From the NCBI GenBank assembly GCA_910576865.1, contig CAJTKE010000007.1, positions 73,306-97,305 on the forward strand: a stretch of DNA of 24,000 nucleotides. Reading direction: 5' to 3'. A program made the position numbers and the translations under genes. The stretch comes from an uncultured Oscillibacter sp. GTDB lineage: Bacteria > Bacillota > Clostridia > Oscillospirales > Oscillospiraceae. The notes beneath the pieces are model-generated. The model saw only the letters and a program-made list of their open reading frames with translations. It was not told where the DNA came from and ran no database searches. Below, one piece after another: positions 1 through 7,135 of this stretch; position 1 is the stretch's first letter, and each line of letters begins with the position of its first letter.

Positions 1-327
1 CCGTTTCCCCCTGGCGTGGATTTTGTCGATGGCGGCGTGGATGTTCTCCTCCGTGTCCGCCTCCACGTGGACCGTCACCAGATCGGCCCCGGCGTCGCAG
101 AACTGCTCCACGTACCGGACGGGCCGGACGATCATCAGGTGGACGTCCAGGGGAAGCTCCGTGGTGGGCCGGATGGACTTCACCACCGGGATGCCGATGG
201 AGATGTTGGGGACGAACACCCCGTCCATCACGTCCACATGGACGTAGTCGGCGGCGGAGATGCGTTGGATATCCCGCTCCAGATTCGCGAAATCGGCGGA
301 GAGGATGGACGGCGCGATTTTAATCAT
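1..327 (-). CDS. rpe: ribulose-phosphate 3-epimerase, N-terminal 109 codons (3' end runs off the window)
   Basis: Absent from the ORF track because it is open to the window edge. The reverse complement from the ATG at 325-327 reads MIKIAPSILSADFANLERDIQRISAADYVHVDVMDGVFVPNISIGIPVVKSIRP...LDVHLMI, a canonical Rpe N-terminus. An AAGAGGGG SD lies upstream. Confidence 0.9.
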   Translation of the reverse strand, partial: MIKIAPSILSADFANLERDIQRISAADYVHVDVMDGVFVPNISIGIPVVKSIRPTTELPLDVHLMIVRPVRYVEQFCDAGADLVTVHVEADTEENIHAAIDKIHARGKR

Positions 328-550
328 GAAAAGCCCCTCTTTTCTTTCAACACGGCGGCGGAAGGGCCGGGACAGGGCGTCCGGGCCCGGTGGCGGGAGC
401 CTGCGGCGGCGCATAGGATGGCTTGAGCGGTCAGGGCGCCCCAACTCCGCGCAGCGTCCGCCCCTCACGTTTGGCGCCGCCGCTCTTTTGAATATAGGGA
501 GCCGGTCCGCCGGAGCGCGTCTCCGGCGGGCCGGTTTCTCCATGGATGAT

Positions 551-579
551 AGTGTACCAAATTCCCAGGCCAAAAGCAA
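551..579 (-). promoter_or_regulatory. candidate sigma-A promoter reading toward rpe (TTGCTT-17-TACACT with extended TG)
   Basis: The minus strand reads TTGCTT (574-579), a 17 nt spacer, then TGgTACACT (-10 at 551-556). This would give rpe a ~220 nt leader. Confidence 0.4.
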
Positions 580-703
580 CCGAGGCCCGGGATATTTTTC
601 CGCCCAGGCGGAATCAGACCATGGCTATGTTGCGGATGCAACTGTAATATTCCCTGAAAAAGGGGTATACTGAGAAAAAACCGTGGGGAAGGAGGCGGCG
701 GCT

Positions 704-1513
704 GTGGCGTACGGTGTGATTGTGATCGGCGGCGGCCCGGCGGGGCTGTCGGCGGCGGTGAATGCCCGGGCCCGGGGGAGCGCCGTGCTGGTGGTCTCCA
801 ACCCTCCGGAGGAGAATCCCCTCTGGCGGGCGGAGAAGGTGGACAACTACCTGGGCCTCCCTGGCCTGACGGGGCCGGAGCTGATGGCGGCGTTCCGGGA
901 CCACGCCGCCCGGGCCGGGGCGGAGTTTATGGAGGGCCGGGCCCTCAGCGCCCTGCGGTCCGGGGAGGACTGGTATGTCGGCGTGGGCGATTCCATGGTT
1001 CAGGGAAGGGCCGTGGTGCTGGCGGCGGGCGTCGTCCGGGGAAAGAAGTTCCCCGGGGAGGCGGAGCTGCTGGGCCGGGGCGTCAGCTACTGCGCCACCT
1101 GCGACGGGATGCTGTACCGGGGGAAGAAGGTGGCCGTCCTGGGCTGGACCCCCTCGGCGAAAAAAGAGGCCTCGTTTCTGGAGGGCATCGGCTGTCAGGT
1201 TCTCTACTTCGACAAACCCCGGGACTGCGTCATTCAGGGCACGGACAAGGTGGAAGCCGTCACCTGCGGCGGCGTGACGGAGGCGGTGGAGGGCGTGTTC
1301 CTCCTGCGGCCCGCCGTGGCCCCGGGGGAGCTGTTCCCGGGCCTCACGGTGGAGGGGGGATTCGTCACCGTGGACCGGAATATGGCCACGAACCTCCCCG
1401 GCGTCTTCGCCGCCGGGGACTGCACCGGCGGGCCCCTCCAGGTGTCCAAGGCCGCGGGCGAGGGCCTGATCGCGGGACAGAAGGCGGCGGCGTATGCCGC
1501 GGCGGGAAAATAA
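704..1513 (+). CDS. thioredoxin-reductase-family flavoprotein (CATC redox centre, degenerate NADPH site)
   Basis: Track ORF 683..1513. GAAGGAGG at 688-695 favours the in-frame GTG at 704. Motifs: GGGPAG FAD site, SYCATCDG redox-active disulfide, GVFAAGDC. The GGGNxA and HRR NADPH motifs are replaced by LGWTPSA and YFDKPRD. Confidence 0.85.
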   Translation: MAYGVIVIGGGPAGLSAAVNARARGSAVLVVSNPPEENPLWRAEKVDNYLGLPGLTGPELMAAFRDHAARAGAEFMEGRALSALRSGEDWYVGVGDSMVQGRAVVLAAGVVRGKKFPGEAELLGRGVSYCATCDGMLYRGKKVAVLGWTPSAKKEASFLEGIGCQVLYFDKPRDCVIQGTDKVEAVTCGGVTEAVEGVFLLRPAVAPGELFPGLTVEGGFVTVDRNMATNLPGVFAAGDCTGGPLQVSKAAGEGLIAGQKAAAYAAAGK

Positions 1514-1537
1514 CAAACAACAAAGGAGATGTGCGGT

Positions 1538-1855
1538 ATGGCATTGCGGCATTTGAAGACGGCGGAGTTCGACGGCCTGGTGGAGCAGGCCCCTCTGGCC
1601 ATGGTGGACTTCTGGGCCCCCTGGTGCGGGCCCTGTCAGGCCCTGGGCCCCGTGATGGAGGACCTGGGGGTCCGGTACGAGGGCAAGGCGTTGGTTGCCA
1701 AGGTCAACGTGGACGAGGAGCCGGACCTTGCCCGGCGCTTCGGCGTCATGAGCATCCCCACGGTGGTCTTTTTGAAGCAGGGCCGGGAGTTCGACCGGAA
1801 GGTGGGGGCCTACCCGCCGCCGGTGTATACGGAGGTTTTGGACAAGGCCCTGTAA
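1538..1855 (+). CDS. trxA: thioredoxin
   Basis: WAPWCGPCQ active site and ~105 aa length. AGGAG at 1524-1528 fits the ATG at 1538 better than the track start at 1529. Lies 24 nt after the TrxR-like gene. Confidence 0.95.
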   Translation: MALRHLKTAEFDGLVEQAPLAMVDFWAPWCGPCQALGPVMEDLGVRYEGKALVAKVNVDEEPDLARRFGVMSIPTVVFLKQGREFDRKVGAYPPPVYTEVLDKAL

Positions 1856-1871
1856 AAGCCGAGAACAGAAC

Positions 1872-1903
1872 GAGCGCCCGGAATCTCTCGATTCCGGGCG
1901 CTC
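1872..1903. terminator. bidirectional intrinsic terminator between trxA and hicB
   Basis: Perfect 13-14 bp stem GAGCGCCCGGAAT(C)/(G)ATTCCGGGCGCTC. It is followed by TCTTCTGTTC on the + strand and GTTCTGTTCTC on the - strand. Confidence 0.75.
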
Positions 1904-1944
1904 TCTTCTGTTCAGTTCTTCACGCCGCCGGAGGCAGGTGTTCA

Positions 1945-2340
1945 TCAAGGGCTTCCATGCACTTGGAGCTTCTCCTTCAAAGCATCCTGTAAGACACGCG
2001 AAAAATTAAGCCCCGCTCTTTCAGCCATATCGTTCAAATAGCTTGGCAGCGTAACGTTTTTTCGTATCGTCCGCAGATCGTTTGCCCGGCGGTAAGCCTC
2101 GAAATCCACAACGGCAAAGGCGGAAATCTCGCCCTCCCCGCACCGGATCGATTCCGCGGACGGGACAGGAATTTTCTTTCCTGTGTCCTGGGCGGCGATT
2201 CCCCACAGGCCAATGGCGTCCTCCGCCATTTCAATCGCGTCGGCAATGTCGGCCCCTTCCGTGTTGATCTGGAGATCCGGCACGGTTACCACATACCCCG
2301 TGTCAACGGGAGTCAAGATGATAGGATAAGCTGTTTTCAT
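1945..2340 (-). CDS. hicB: type II antitoxin HicB (N-terminal HicB fold plus C-terminal RHH-like DNA-binding tail)
   Basis: The 131 aa sequence MKTAYPIILTPVDTGYVVTVPDL...AIEMAEDAIGLW is typical of HicB. The C-terminus is RKNVTLPSYLNDMAERAGLNFSRVLQDALKEKL. It lies 10 nt downstream of hicA with a GGAGGA SD. Confidence 0.85.
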   Translation of the reverse strand: MKTAYPIILTPVDTGYVVTVPDLQINTEGADIADAIEMAEDAIGLWGIAAQDTGKKIPVPSAESIRCGEGEISAFAVVDFEAYRRANDLRTIRKNVTLPSYLNDMAERAGLNFSRVLQDALKEKLQVHGSP

Positions 2341-2350
2341 CGTGTCCTCC

Positions 2351-2533
2351 TTATTTCAGGCCCCGGCGTTTTATGATCGCGGCCGCCAGCAGCTCGTTGA
2401 TTTCTTTGTGCCGCGGGACCGCTTCCATATCCACGCCGTTCGTGACAATTGTATGATTCGTCCCCTCCCGAAGTATCCACCAGCCTTTACTTTTGAAGAG
2501 TTTCATCAAATCAGTTCTTTTCAAGTCTCCCAC
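2351..2533 (-). CDS. hicA: type II toxin HicA (mRNA interferase, YcfA-like)
   Basis: About 60 aa with the LMKLFKSKGWWILREGTNHTIV...VPRHKEINELLAAAIIKRRGL pattern of HicA. The start codon is uncertain: GTG at 2533 or TTG at 2524. Confidence 0.85.
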   Translation of the reverse strand: MGDLKRTDLMKLFKSKGWWILREGTNHTIVTNGVDMEAVPRHKEINELLAAAIIKRRGLK

Positions 2534-2544
2534 CCCTTAAGAGC

Positions 2545-2573
2545 ATTATACGCATAAAGTGTGCATGTGTCAA
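2545..2573 (-). promoter_or_regulatory. consensus sigma-A promoter for hicAB
   Basis: The minus strand reads TTGACA (2568-2573), a 17 nt spacer, then TATAAT (2545-2550). It ends about 12 nt upstream of the hicA start region. Confidence 0.75.
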
Positions 2574-2638
2574 CTTGAAACCGCCGTCTGAAAAACCTGA
2601 AAAGTGAGAGGCCGGGCGCTTCGTTTTTTGGCGCGGGC

Positions 2639-3292
2639 TCAGGCCTCCAGGTCGACGCGCGCGTCTTGATACAGGGCGTTCCGGGTGAGCTCCGGGCTCT
2701 CTCCGGTGAAGGCTTTCCCGGCCTCCTCGTTCCCCTGGAGCTGCCAGAGGAGCCAGGCCGTCACATAGCCGTCGGCCTTGTAGAGCATGCCGCCGTGGTC
2801 GCTGTCCGTCCGGCGGGCCATGGCCTTGGGGACGGAGAGGCGGTCATACATGGCGGTCATGGCGTCAAGGGGAAGGACCATCTCCGTCTCAAACTCTCCC
2901 TGGGTCCCCGCCAGCATCAGCACGGGAATCTCCACCTTCGTCAGGTCGTAGGGCATGCCCAGGGCGGCGGCGCCCTCCTCCTGGGTGGGGGAGAGGGCCA
3001 CGGCGGTCTTGTAGAGGCCGCTGTGTGCGTTGTCCGTCACGGCGTTGAAGACCCCCACGCCCCCCTGGGAGTGGCCGGAAATCCCGATGTTCTCCAGGTC
3101 CACCTTGCCGTAAAAGACGCTGCCCTCCCCGCCGGTCTCCACGGTCCTGGTGTACCGGTTGGGCACGGAGGGCGCGGTGGCGATGAGGACCACCAGCAGG
3201 ACGATCAGCAGGAGGAGGACCAGCAGGACGATCCCGATGACCTTCGCGATTTTGAATGTGGCTTTCAGCATGAGGAATGACCGCCTTTCCAT
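2639..3292 (-). CDS. membrane-anchored alpha/beta-hydrolase-fold protein, N-terminal core apparently missing (possible decayed gene)
   Basis: Part of track ORF 2639..3388. Likely start is M33 (3292) or M40 (3271). One N-terminal TM helix (IAKVIGIVLLVLLLLIVLLVVLIA), the GHSQGG nucleophile elbow, and a C-terminal DSDHGG histidine region. Only ~30 aa separate the TM helix from the nucleophile. Confidence 0.6.
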   Translation of the reverse strand: MERRSFLMLKATFKIAKVIGIVLLVLLLLIVLLVVLIATAPSVPNRYTRTVETGGEGSVFYGKVDLENIGISGHSQGGVGVFNAVTDNAHSGLYKTAVALSPTQEEGAAALGMPYDLTKVEIPVLMLAGTQGEFETEMVLPLDAMTAMYDRLSVPKAMARRTDSDHGGMLYKADGYVTAWLLWQLQGNEEAGKAFTGESPELTRNALYQDARVDLEA

Positions 3293-3344
3293 TGTCCCGC
3301 CATTATAGCACGCCCCGGCGGGGAAGGAAAGCCCCTTTCCCATA

Positions 3345-3373
3345 TTTACACGCCCCCGAAAATGTGCTATCAT
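3345..3373 (+). promoter_or_regulatory. candidate promoter for birA (TTTACA-17-TGcTATCAT)
   Basis: TTTACA at 3345-3350, a 17 nt spacer, TATCAT at 3368-3373 preceded by an extended TG. It lies 27 nt upstream of the birA ATG, and an AAGGAGGG SD is present. Confidence 0.55.
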
Positions 3374-3399
3374 ATTCCCGTTTGACAAGGAGGGATGCC

Positions 3400-4401
3400 A
3401 TGAGCAGCCGGGAAGAGGTTTTGTCGCTGCTGCGGGGAGAGGAGGGCTTCCTCTCCGGCCAGGACTTGAGCCGCCGCCTGGGGCTGACCCGGGCCGCCGT
3501 GTGGAAGGCGGTGGACGCCCTGCGGGGCGAGGGCTATGAGATCGAGGCCCGGACGGGCCTGGGGTACCGCCTGCTGGCCGCGCCGGACCTGATGACGGAG
3601 GCGGAGATCCGGAGCTTTCTGGCCGAGACCCGCGTCGTGGGCCGGGAGCTCCGCTGTTTCCAGGAGCTGGACTCCACCAACAACTATCTGAAAGCCTGGA
3701 CCGGCGGGCCCGACGGCGCGGCGGTCACCGCCGAGAGTCAGACGGCGGGCCGGGGGCGGATGGACCGCTCCTTCCAGTCCCCCAGGGGCCAGGGAATCTA
3801 CCTGTCCGTGCTCCTGCGGCCCGGGCTGCCGCCGGACCGCCTGCCGCCGGTGACGGCCCTGGCGGGGGTGGCGGTATGTACCGCCGTGGAGCGGGTCTGC
3901 GGCGTCCGGCCGGGGCTGAAATGGCCCAACGACCCGGTGCTGAACGGAAAGAAGCTCTGCGGCATCCTGACGGAGATGTCCCTGGAGGCGGAGACGGGCC
4001 GGGTCCAGTCCCTGGTGCTGGGCATCGGGATCAACGTGGGCCAGCGGCCGGAGGACTTCGCCCCCGAGGTCCGGGAGGTGGCCACGTCGCTGCTCCAGGT
4101 CCTGGGAAAGCGCGTGTCCCGGCCCCGGCTGACGGCGGCGCTGCTGGAGGAGCTGGACAAAGCCTACGCCGCGCTGCTGGCGGGGGACCTGTCGGCGTAT
4201 CACGCGGCCTACCGGCGGGACTGCGTGAACCTGGGGAAAACCGTCCAGCTGATCCCCTTCGGCGGGGGAGAGCGGGAGACGGCCCGGGCGGTGGACGTGG
4301 ACGAGGAATTCAGCCTGGTGGTCCGGGGGGAGGACGGGAAGGAGCGGACGGTCCGCTCCGGCGAGGTCTCCGTCCGGGGCCTGTGGGGCTATACGGAGTG
4401 A
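3400..4401 (+). CDS. birA: bifunctional biotin-[acetyl-CoA-carboxylase] ligase / biotin operon repressor
   Basis: N-terminal wHTH (LSGQDLSRRLGLTRAAVWKAVDALRGEGYEIE) and the QTAGRGRMDRSF ligase signature (GRGRxxR). The KWPND motif and a C-terminal SH3-like tail are present. The real start is M42 of track ORF 3277..4401, after an AAGGAGGG SD. Confidence 0.95.
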   Translation: MSSREEVLSLLRGEEGFLSGQDLSRRLGLTRAAVWKAVDALRGEGYEIEARTGLGYRLLAAPDLMTEAEIRSFLAETRVVGRELRCFQELDSTNNYLKAWTGGPDGAAVTAESQTAGRGRMDRSFQSPRGQGIYLSVLLRPGLPPDRLPPVTALAGVAVCTAVERVCGVRPGLKWPNDPVLNGKKLCGILTEMSLEAETGRVQSLVLGIGINVGQRPEDFAPEVREVATSLLQVLGKRVSRPRLTAALLEELDKAYAALLAGDLSAYHAAYRRDCVNLGKTVQLIPFGGGERETARAVDVDEEFSLVVRGEDGKERTVRSGEVSVRGLWGYTE

Positions 4402-4415
4402 GGGAGAGACGCGTT

Positions 4416-4976
4416 ATGAACGAACAAAGCAAATTCAAACAGCTCTGGGTCCTCTTCTGGACCTTCGCCAAAATGGGGGTCATGACCTTCGGCGGGGGCA
4501 TGGCCATGCTGCCCATCCTCCAGCGGGAGGTGGTGGACAGCAAGGGTTGGGCCACGGAGGAGGAGCTGACGGACTATTACGCCATCGGCCAGTGCACCCC
4601 GGGCATCATCGCCGTCAACACGGCCACCTTCATCGGACAGAAGTACGGCGGCTGGGCCGGGGGGATTGTCGCCACGCTGGGGGTGGTGTTTCCCTCGGTG
4701 GTCATCATCTCCATCCTGGCGGGGCTGATCTCCAACTTCGCGGACCTCGCCTGGGTGAAGAACGCCTTCGCGGGCATCCAGGTCTGCGTCTGCGTGCTGA
4801 TCTTCAACGCCGTCATGAAGCTGCTGAAGAAGTCCGTGGTGGATAAGCGGACGGCGGTGATTTTCGCCCTGGTCCTGCTGGGGGGGCTCTTCCTGAAGCT
4901 CTCCCCGGTGTGGTTCGTGGTGGGCGCGGCCCTGGCGGGGATCGTTCTGAAAAACCTGGAGGTGAGGAAGGCATGA
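4416..4976 (+). CDS. chromate transporter family protein, half-size (first of a pair)
   Basis: The protein begins at MNEQSKFKQLWVLFWTFAKMGVMTFGGGMAMLPILQREVV, a CHR-family signature, and is polytopic. The start is internal to shadow-extended ORF 3876..4976, with a GAGGGAGAG SD. Confidence 0.85.
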   Translation: MNEQSKFKQLWVLFWTFAKMGVMTFGGGMAMLPILQREVVDSKGWATEEELTDYYAIGQCTPGIIAVNTATFIGQKYGGWAGGIVATLGVVFPSVVIISILAGLISNFADLAWVKNAFAGIQVCVCVLIFNAVMKLLKKSVVDKRTAVIFALVLLGGLFLKLSPVWFVVGAALAGIVLKNLEVRKA

Positions 4977-5584
4977 TTTACGTACAGCTCTTCTGGGAGT
5001 TCTTCAAGACCGGCCTCTTCGCCGTGGGCGGCGGCATGGCCACCCTGCCCTTCCTCCAGGCCATCGGCGAGTCCACCGGCTGGTACACCTACACGGACCT
5101 GATGAACATGCTGGCGGTGTCCGAGTCCACGCCGGGGCCCATCGGCATCAACATGGCGACCTACGTGGGCTTCACCGCGGCGGGCATCCCCGGGGCCGTC
5201 GTCGCCACCGTGGGGGAGGTCACCCCCTCCATCATCGTGATTCTGATCGTGGCGGCGGTGCTCCACAGCTTCCGGAACAACCCCTACGTGGACCGGGCCT
5301 TCTACGGCCTCCGGCCCGCCTCCACAGGGCTCATCGGCGCGGCCTGCGTCTCCGTCATCCTGGAGGTGCTGACCAGCGTCCGGCTCATCGCCGGAGAGGG
5401 CGGCCTGGTCAAGGTCCCGGCCCTTGGCGGCGGGAGCCTCTTCAACGCGCGGGGGCTGCTGCTGGCGGCGCTGCTGATTGTTCTGACCAACTTCGCGCCC
5501 AAGAAGATCACGGGCCTCCACCCCATCGTGTTCATCGGCCTGTCCGCCGTGGCGGGAGTGGCCTTCGGCTTCGCCGGGGCGTAA
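4973..5584 (+). CDS. chromate transporter family protein, half-size (second of a pair)
   Basis: MIYVQLFWEFFKTGLFAVGGGMATLPFLQ, the same CHR motif. An ATGA start/stop overlap with the upstream half (4973-4976) indicates translational coupling. Confidence 0.85.
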   Translation: MIYVQLFWEFFKTGLFAVGGGMATLPFLQAIGESTGWYTYTDLMNMLAVSESTPGPIGINMATYVGFTAAGIPGAVVATVGEVTPSIIVILIVAAVLHSFRNNPYVDRAFYGLRPASTGLIGAACVSVILEVLTSVRLIAGEGGLVKVPALGGGSLFNARGLLLAALLIVLTNFAPKKITGLHPIVFIGLSAVAGVAFGFAGA

Positions 5585-5588
5585 AAAG

Positions 5589-5628
5589 AACCGCGCCGTT
5601 CCTTGTTTGGAGCGGTGCGGTTTTCGTT
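5589..5628 (+). terminator. intrinsic terminator after the chromate-transporter pair
   Basis: A 14 bp stem AACCGCGCCGTTCC/GGAGCGGTGCGGTT with two G-U pairs, followed by TTTTCGTT. Confidence 0.7.
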
Positions 5629-5710
5629 GCCGTCGCAGAGGCTTGGCCTGTCACCAGACCGCCAGAGCGCGATCAAGTTCTTTTGGTTACTTTCACCCCA
5701 AGAGGTGTAC

Positions 5711-5745
5711 GGGGACTCTAAGTGGCAAAGCCACTAAGAGTCCCC
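5711..5745 (-). terminator. stem-loop immediately 3' of obg (possible terminator, no clean U-tract)
   Basis: A 16 bp stem GGGGACTCTAAGTGGC/GCCACTAAGAGTCCCC with one A-A mismatch and an AAA loop. It starts 8 nt after the obg stop. Confidence 0.45.
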
Positions 5746-5752
5746 ATATCTT

Positions 5753-7036
5753 TCAAGAAAAGTAATCGAATTCCCAGCCGTCCAGGGACACGGTGTCCCC
5801 GTCCTGGATGCCCAGGTCCTCCAGCCGCTGGAAGACCCCGGCGTCCCGGAGGGCCTTGTCGAACCACATGCGGCTCTCGTAGTCGGCGAAGTTCACGTTG
5901 GCCATGAGCCGCTGGAGCCAGGGGCCCTCCACGATCCAGACGCCCTCCTCGTGCTGGATGTCCAGGGAGACGGCGGAGCCCTCCGCCTGGGGGGCCCGGG
6001 GCACGTAGTCCGGCTCGTAGACGGTGATGGGGGGCAGGGTGGACAATCGCTCCGCCGCCAGCTTCACCAGCTCCCGGGTGCCCCTGTGGGCGGCGGCGGA
6101 AATCTCCACCAGGGGATACCCCAGCCCCTCCGCATGGGCCCGGAGGGCCTCCAGCGGGGCGGGGTCCTCCAGGATGTCCGTCTTGTTGGCGGCGACGATC
6201 TGAGGCCGCTGGGCAAGGCCGGGGCTGTAGCGCTTCAGCTCCTCGTTGATGGCGTCGAAGTCCTGGACCGGGTCCCGGCCCTCGCTGCCGGAGACGTCCA
6301 CCACGTGGATCAGCAGGCGGCAGCGGTCGACGTGACGGAGGAAGTCGTGGCCCAGGCCCGCCCCCTCGCTGGCTCCCTCGATGATGCCGGGGATGTCCGC
6401 CATGACGAAGCTGACCCCCTCCTCCACCCACACGACCCCCAGGTTGGGGAACAGGGTGGTGAAGTGGTAGTTGGCGATCTTGGGCTGGGCCTTGCTGACC
6501 ACGGACAGGAGGGTGGACTTGCCCACGTTGGGGAAGCCCACGAGGCCCACGTCCGCCAGCAGCTTCAGCTCCAGGATGACGTCGTGGCTCTCCCCGGGGA
6601 GGCCCGCCTTGGCGAAGCGGGGGACCTGCCGGGTGGGGGTGGCGAAGTGGCTGTTGCCCCAGCCGCCCCGGCCCCCCCGGCAGAGGACGAAGGGCTCGCT
6701 GCCGCTCATGTCGGCCATGATCTCGCCGCTCTCGGCCTCCCGGACCAGGGTGCCCCGGGGGACTCGGATGACCAGGTCCTCCCCGTTTTTCCCGGCCTTC
6801 CGCTTGCCCTGGCCGTCGGCGCCGTTGCCGGCGGCGTACTTGCGCTTGTAGCGGAAGTCCATCAGGGTGGACATGTGGTCGTCCACCTGGAGGAGGATGG
6901 AGCCGCCCCGGCCGCCGTCCCCGCCGTCGGGGCCGCCGGCGGCCACGTACTTTTCCCGGTGGAAGGCGATGGCGCCGTTGCCGCCGCTGCCTGCTTTGAC
7001 CGTGATACGGGCTTTATCGATGAATCCTGATGGCAT
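5753..7036 (-). CDS. obg: GTPase Obg/CgtA
   Basis: Obg-fold N-terminus with a glycine-rich region (MPSGFIDKARITVKAGSGGNGAIAFHREKYV..GGPDGGDGGRGGS). GFPNVGKST G1 motif and NKTD G4 motif. C-terminal OCT/TGS-like domain. AAGGAG SD 7 nt upstream. Confidence 0.97.
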   Translation of the reverse strand: MPSGFIDKARITVKAGSGGNGAIAFHREKYVAAGGPDGGDGGRGGSILLQVDDHMSTLMDFRYKRKYAAGNGADGQGKRKAGKNGEDLVIRVPRGTLVREAESGEIMADMSGSEPFVLCRGGRGGWGNSHFATPTRQVPRFAKAGLPGESHDVILELKLLADVGLVGFPNVGKSTLLSVVSKAQPKIANYHFTTLFPNLGVVWVEEGVSFVMADIPGIIEGASEGAGLGHDFLRHVDRCRLLIHVVDVSGSEGRDPVQDFDAINEELKRYSPGLAQRPQIVAANKTDILEDPAPLEALRAHAEGLGYPLVEISAAAHRGTRELVKLAAERLSTLPPITVYEPDYVPRAPQAEGSAVSLDIQHEEGVWIVEGPWLQRLMANVNFADYESRMWFDKALRDAGVFQRLEDLGIQDGDTVSLDGWEFDYFS

Positions 7037-7043
7037 TTGGAAT

Positions 7044-7135
7044 CTCCTTTTTTCCCCTGAAAAGGGGGGGTTGTTCCGGCCCTTCGGGCGGGGTAGTCAA
7101 CAGCCCTTTGAGGGCTGGTGCAATGCACCCCCCAT
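7044..7135 (-). repeat. multi-hairpin repeat element, copy A (forms the obg 5' leader)
   Basis: Inverted relative to copy B. 7074-7093 is a 20/20 reverse-complement match to 8165-8184. 7114-7135 matches 8123-8144 at 21/22. The flanking G- and C-tracts are also shared. Confidence 0.8.

Noticed and set aside
3876-4415. A long N-terminal extension of the first chromate-transporter ORF that overlaps birA.
   Set aside because: The extension is Gly/Arg/Pro junk in an alternative frame of birA. The CHR motif begins right after the internal ATG at 4416, which has its own SD.
7101-7117. A hairpin that reads on the minus strand as a 5 bp stem with the 7 nt loop CTCAAAG, resembling a tRNA-Leu(CAA) anticodon arm inside a ~95 nt G...C-closed structure.
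   Set aside because: It has no D-arm and no T-arm (no GTTCRANYC). The acceptor geometry is wrong. The stem can extend to 7 bp with a 3 nt loop, and copy B has a different 4 nt loop. It is a repeat hairpin, not a tRNA.
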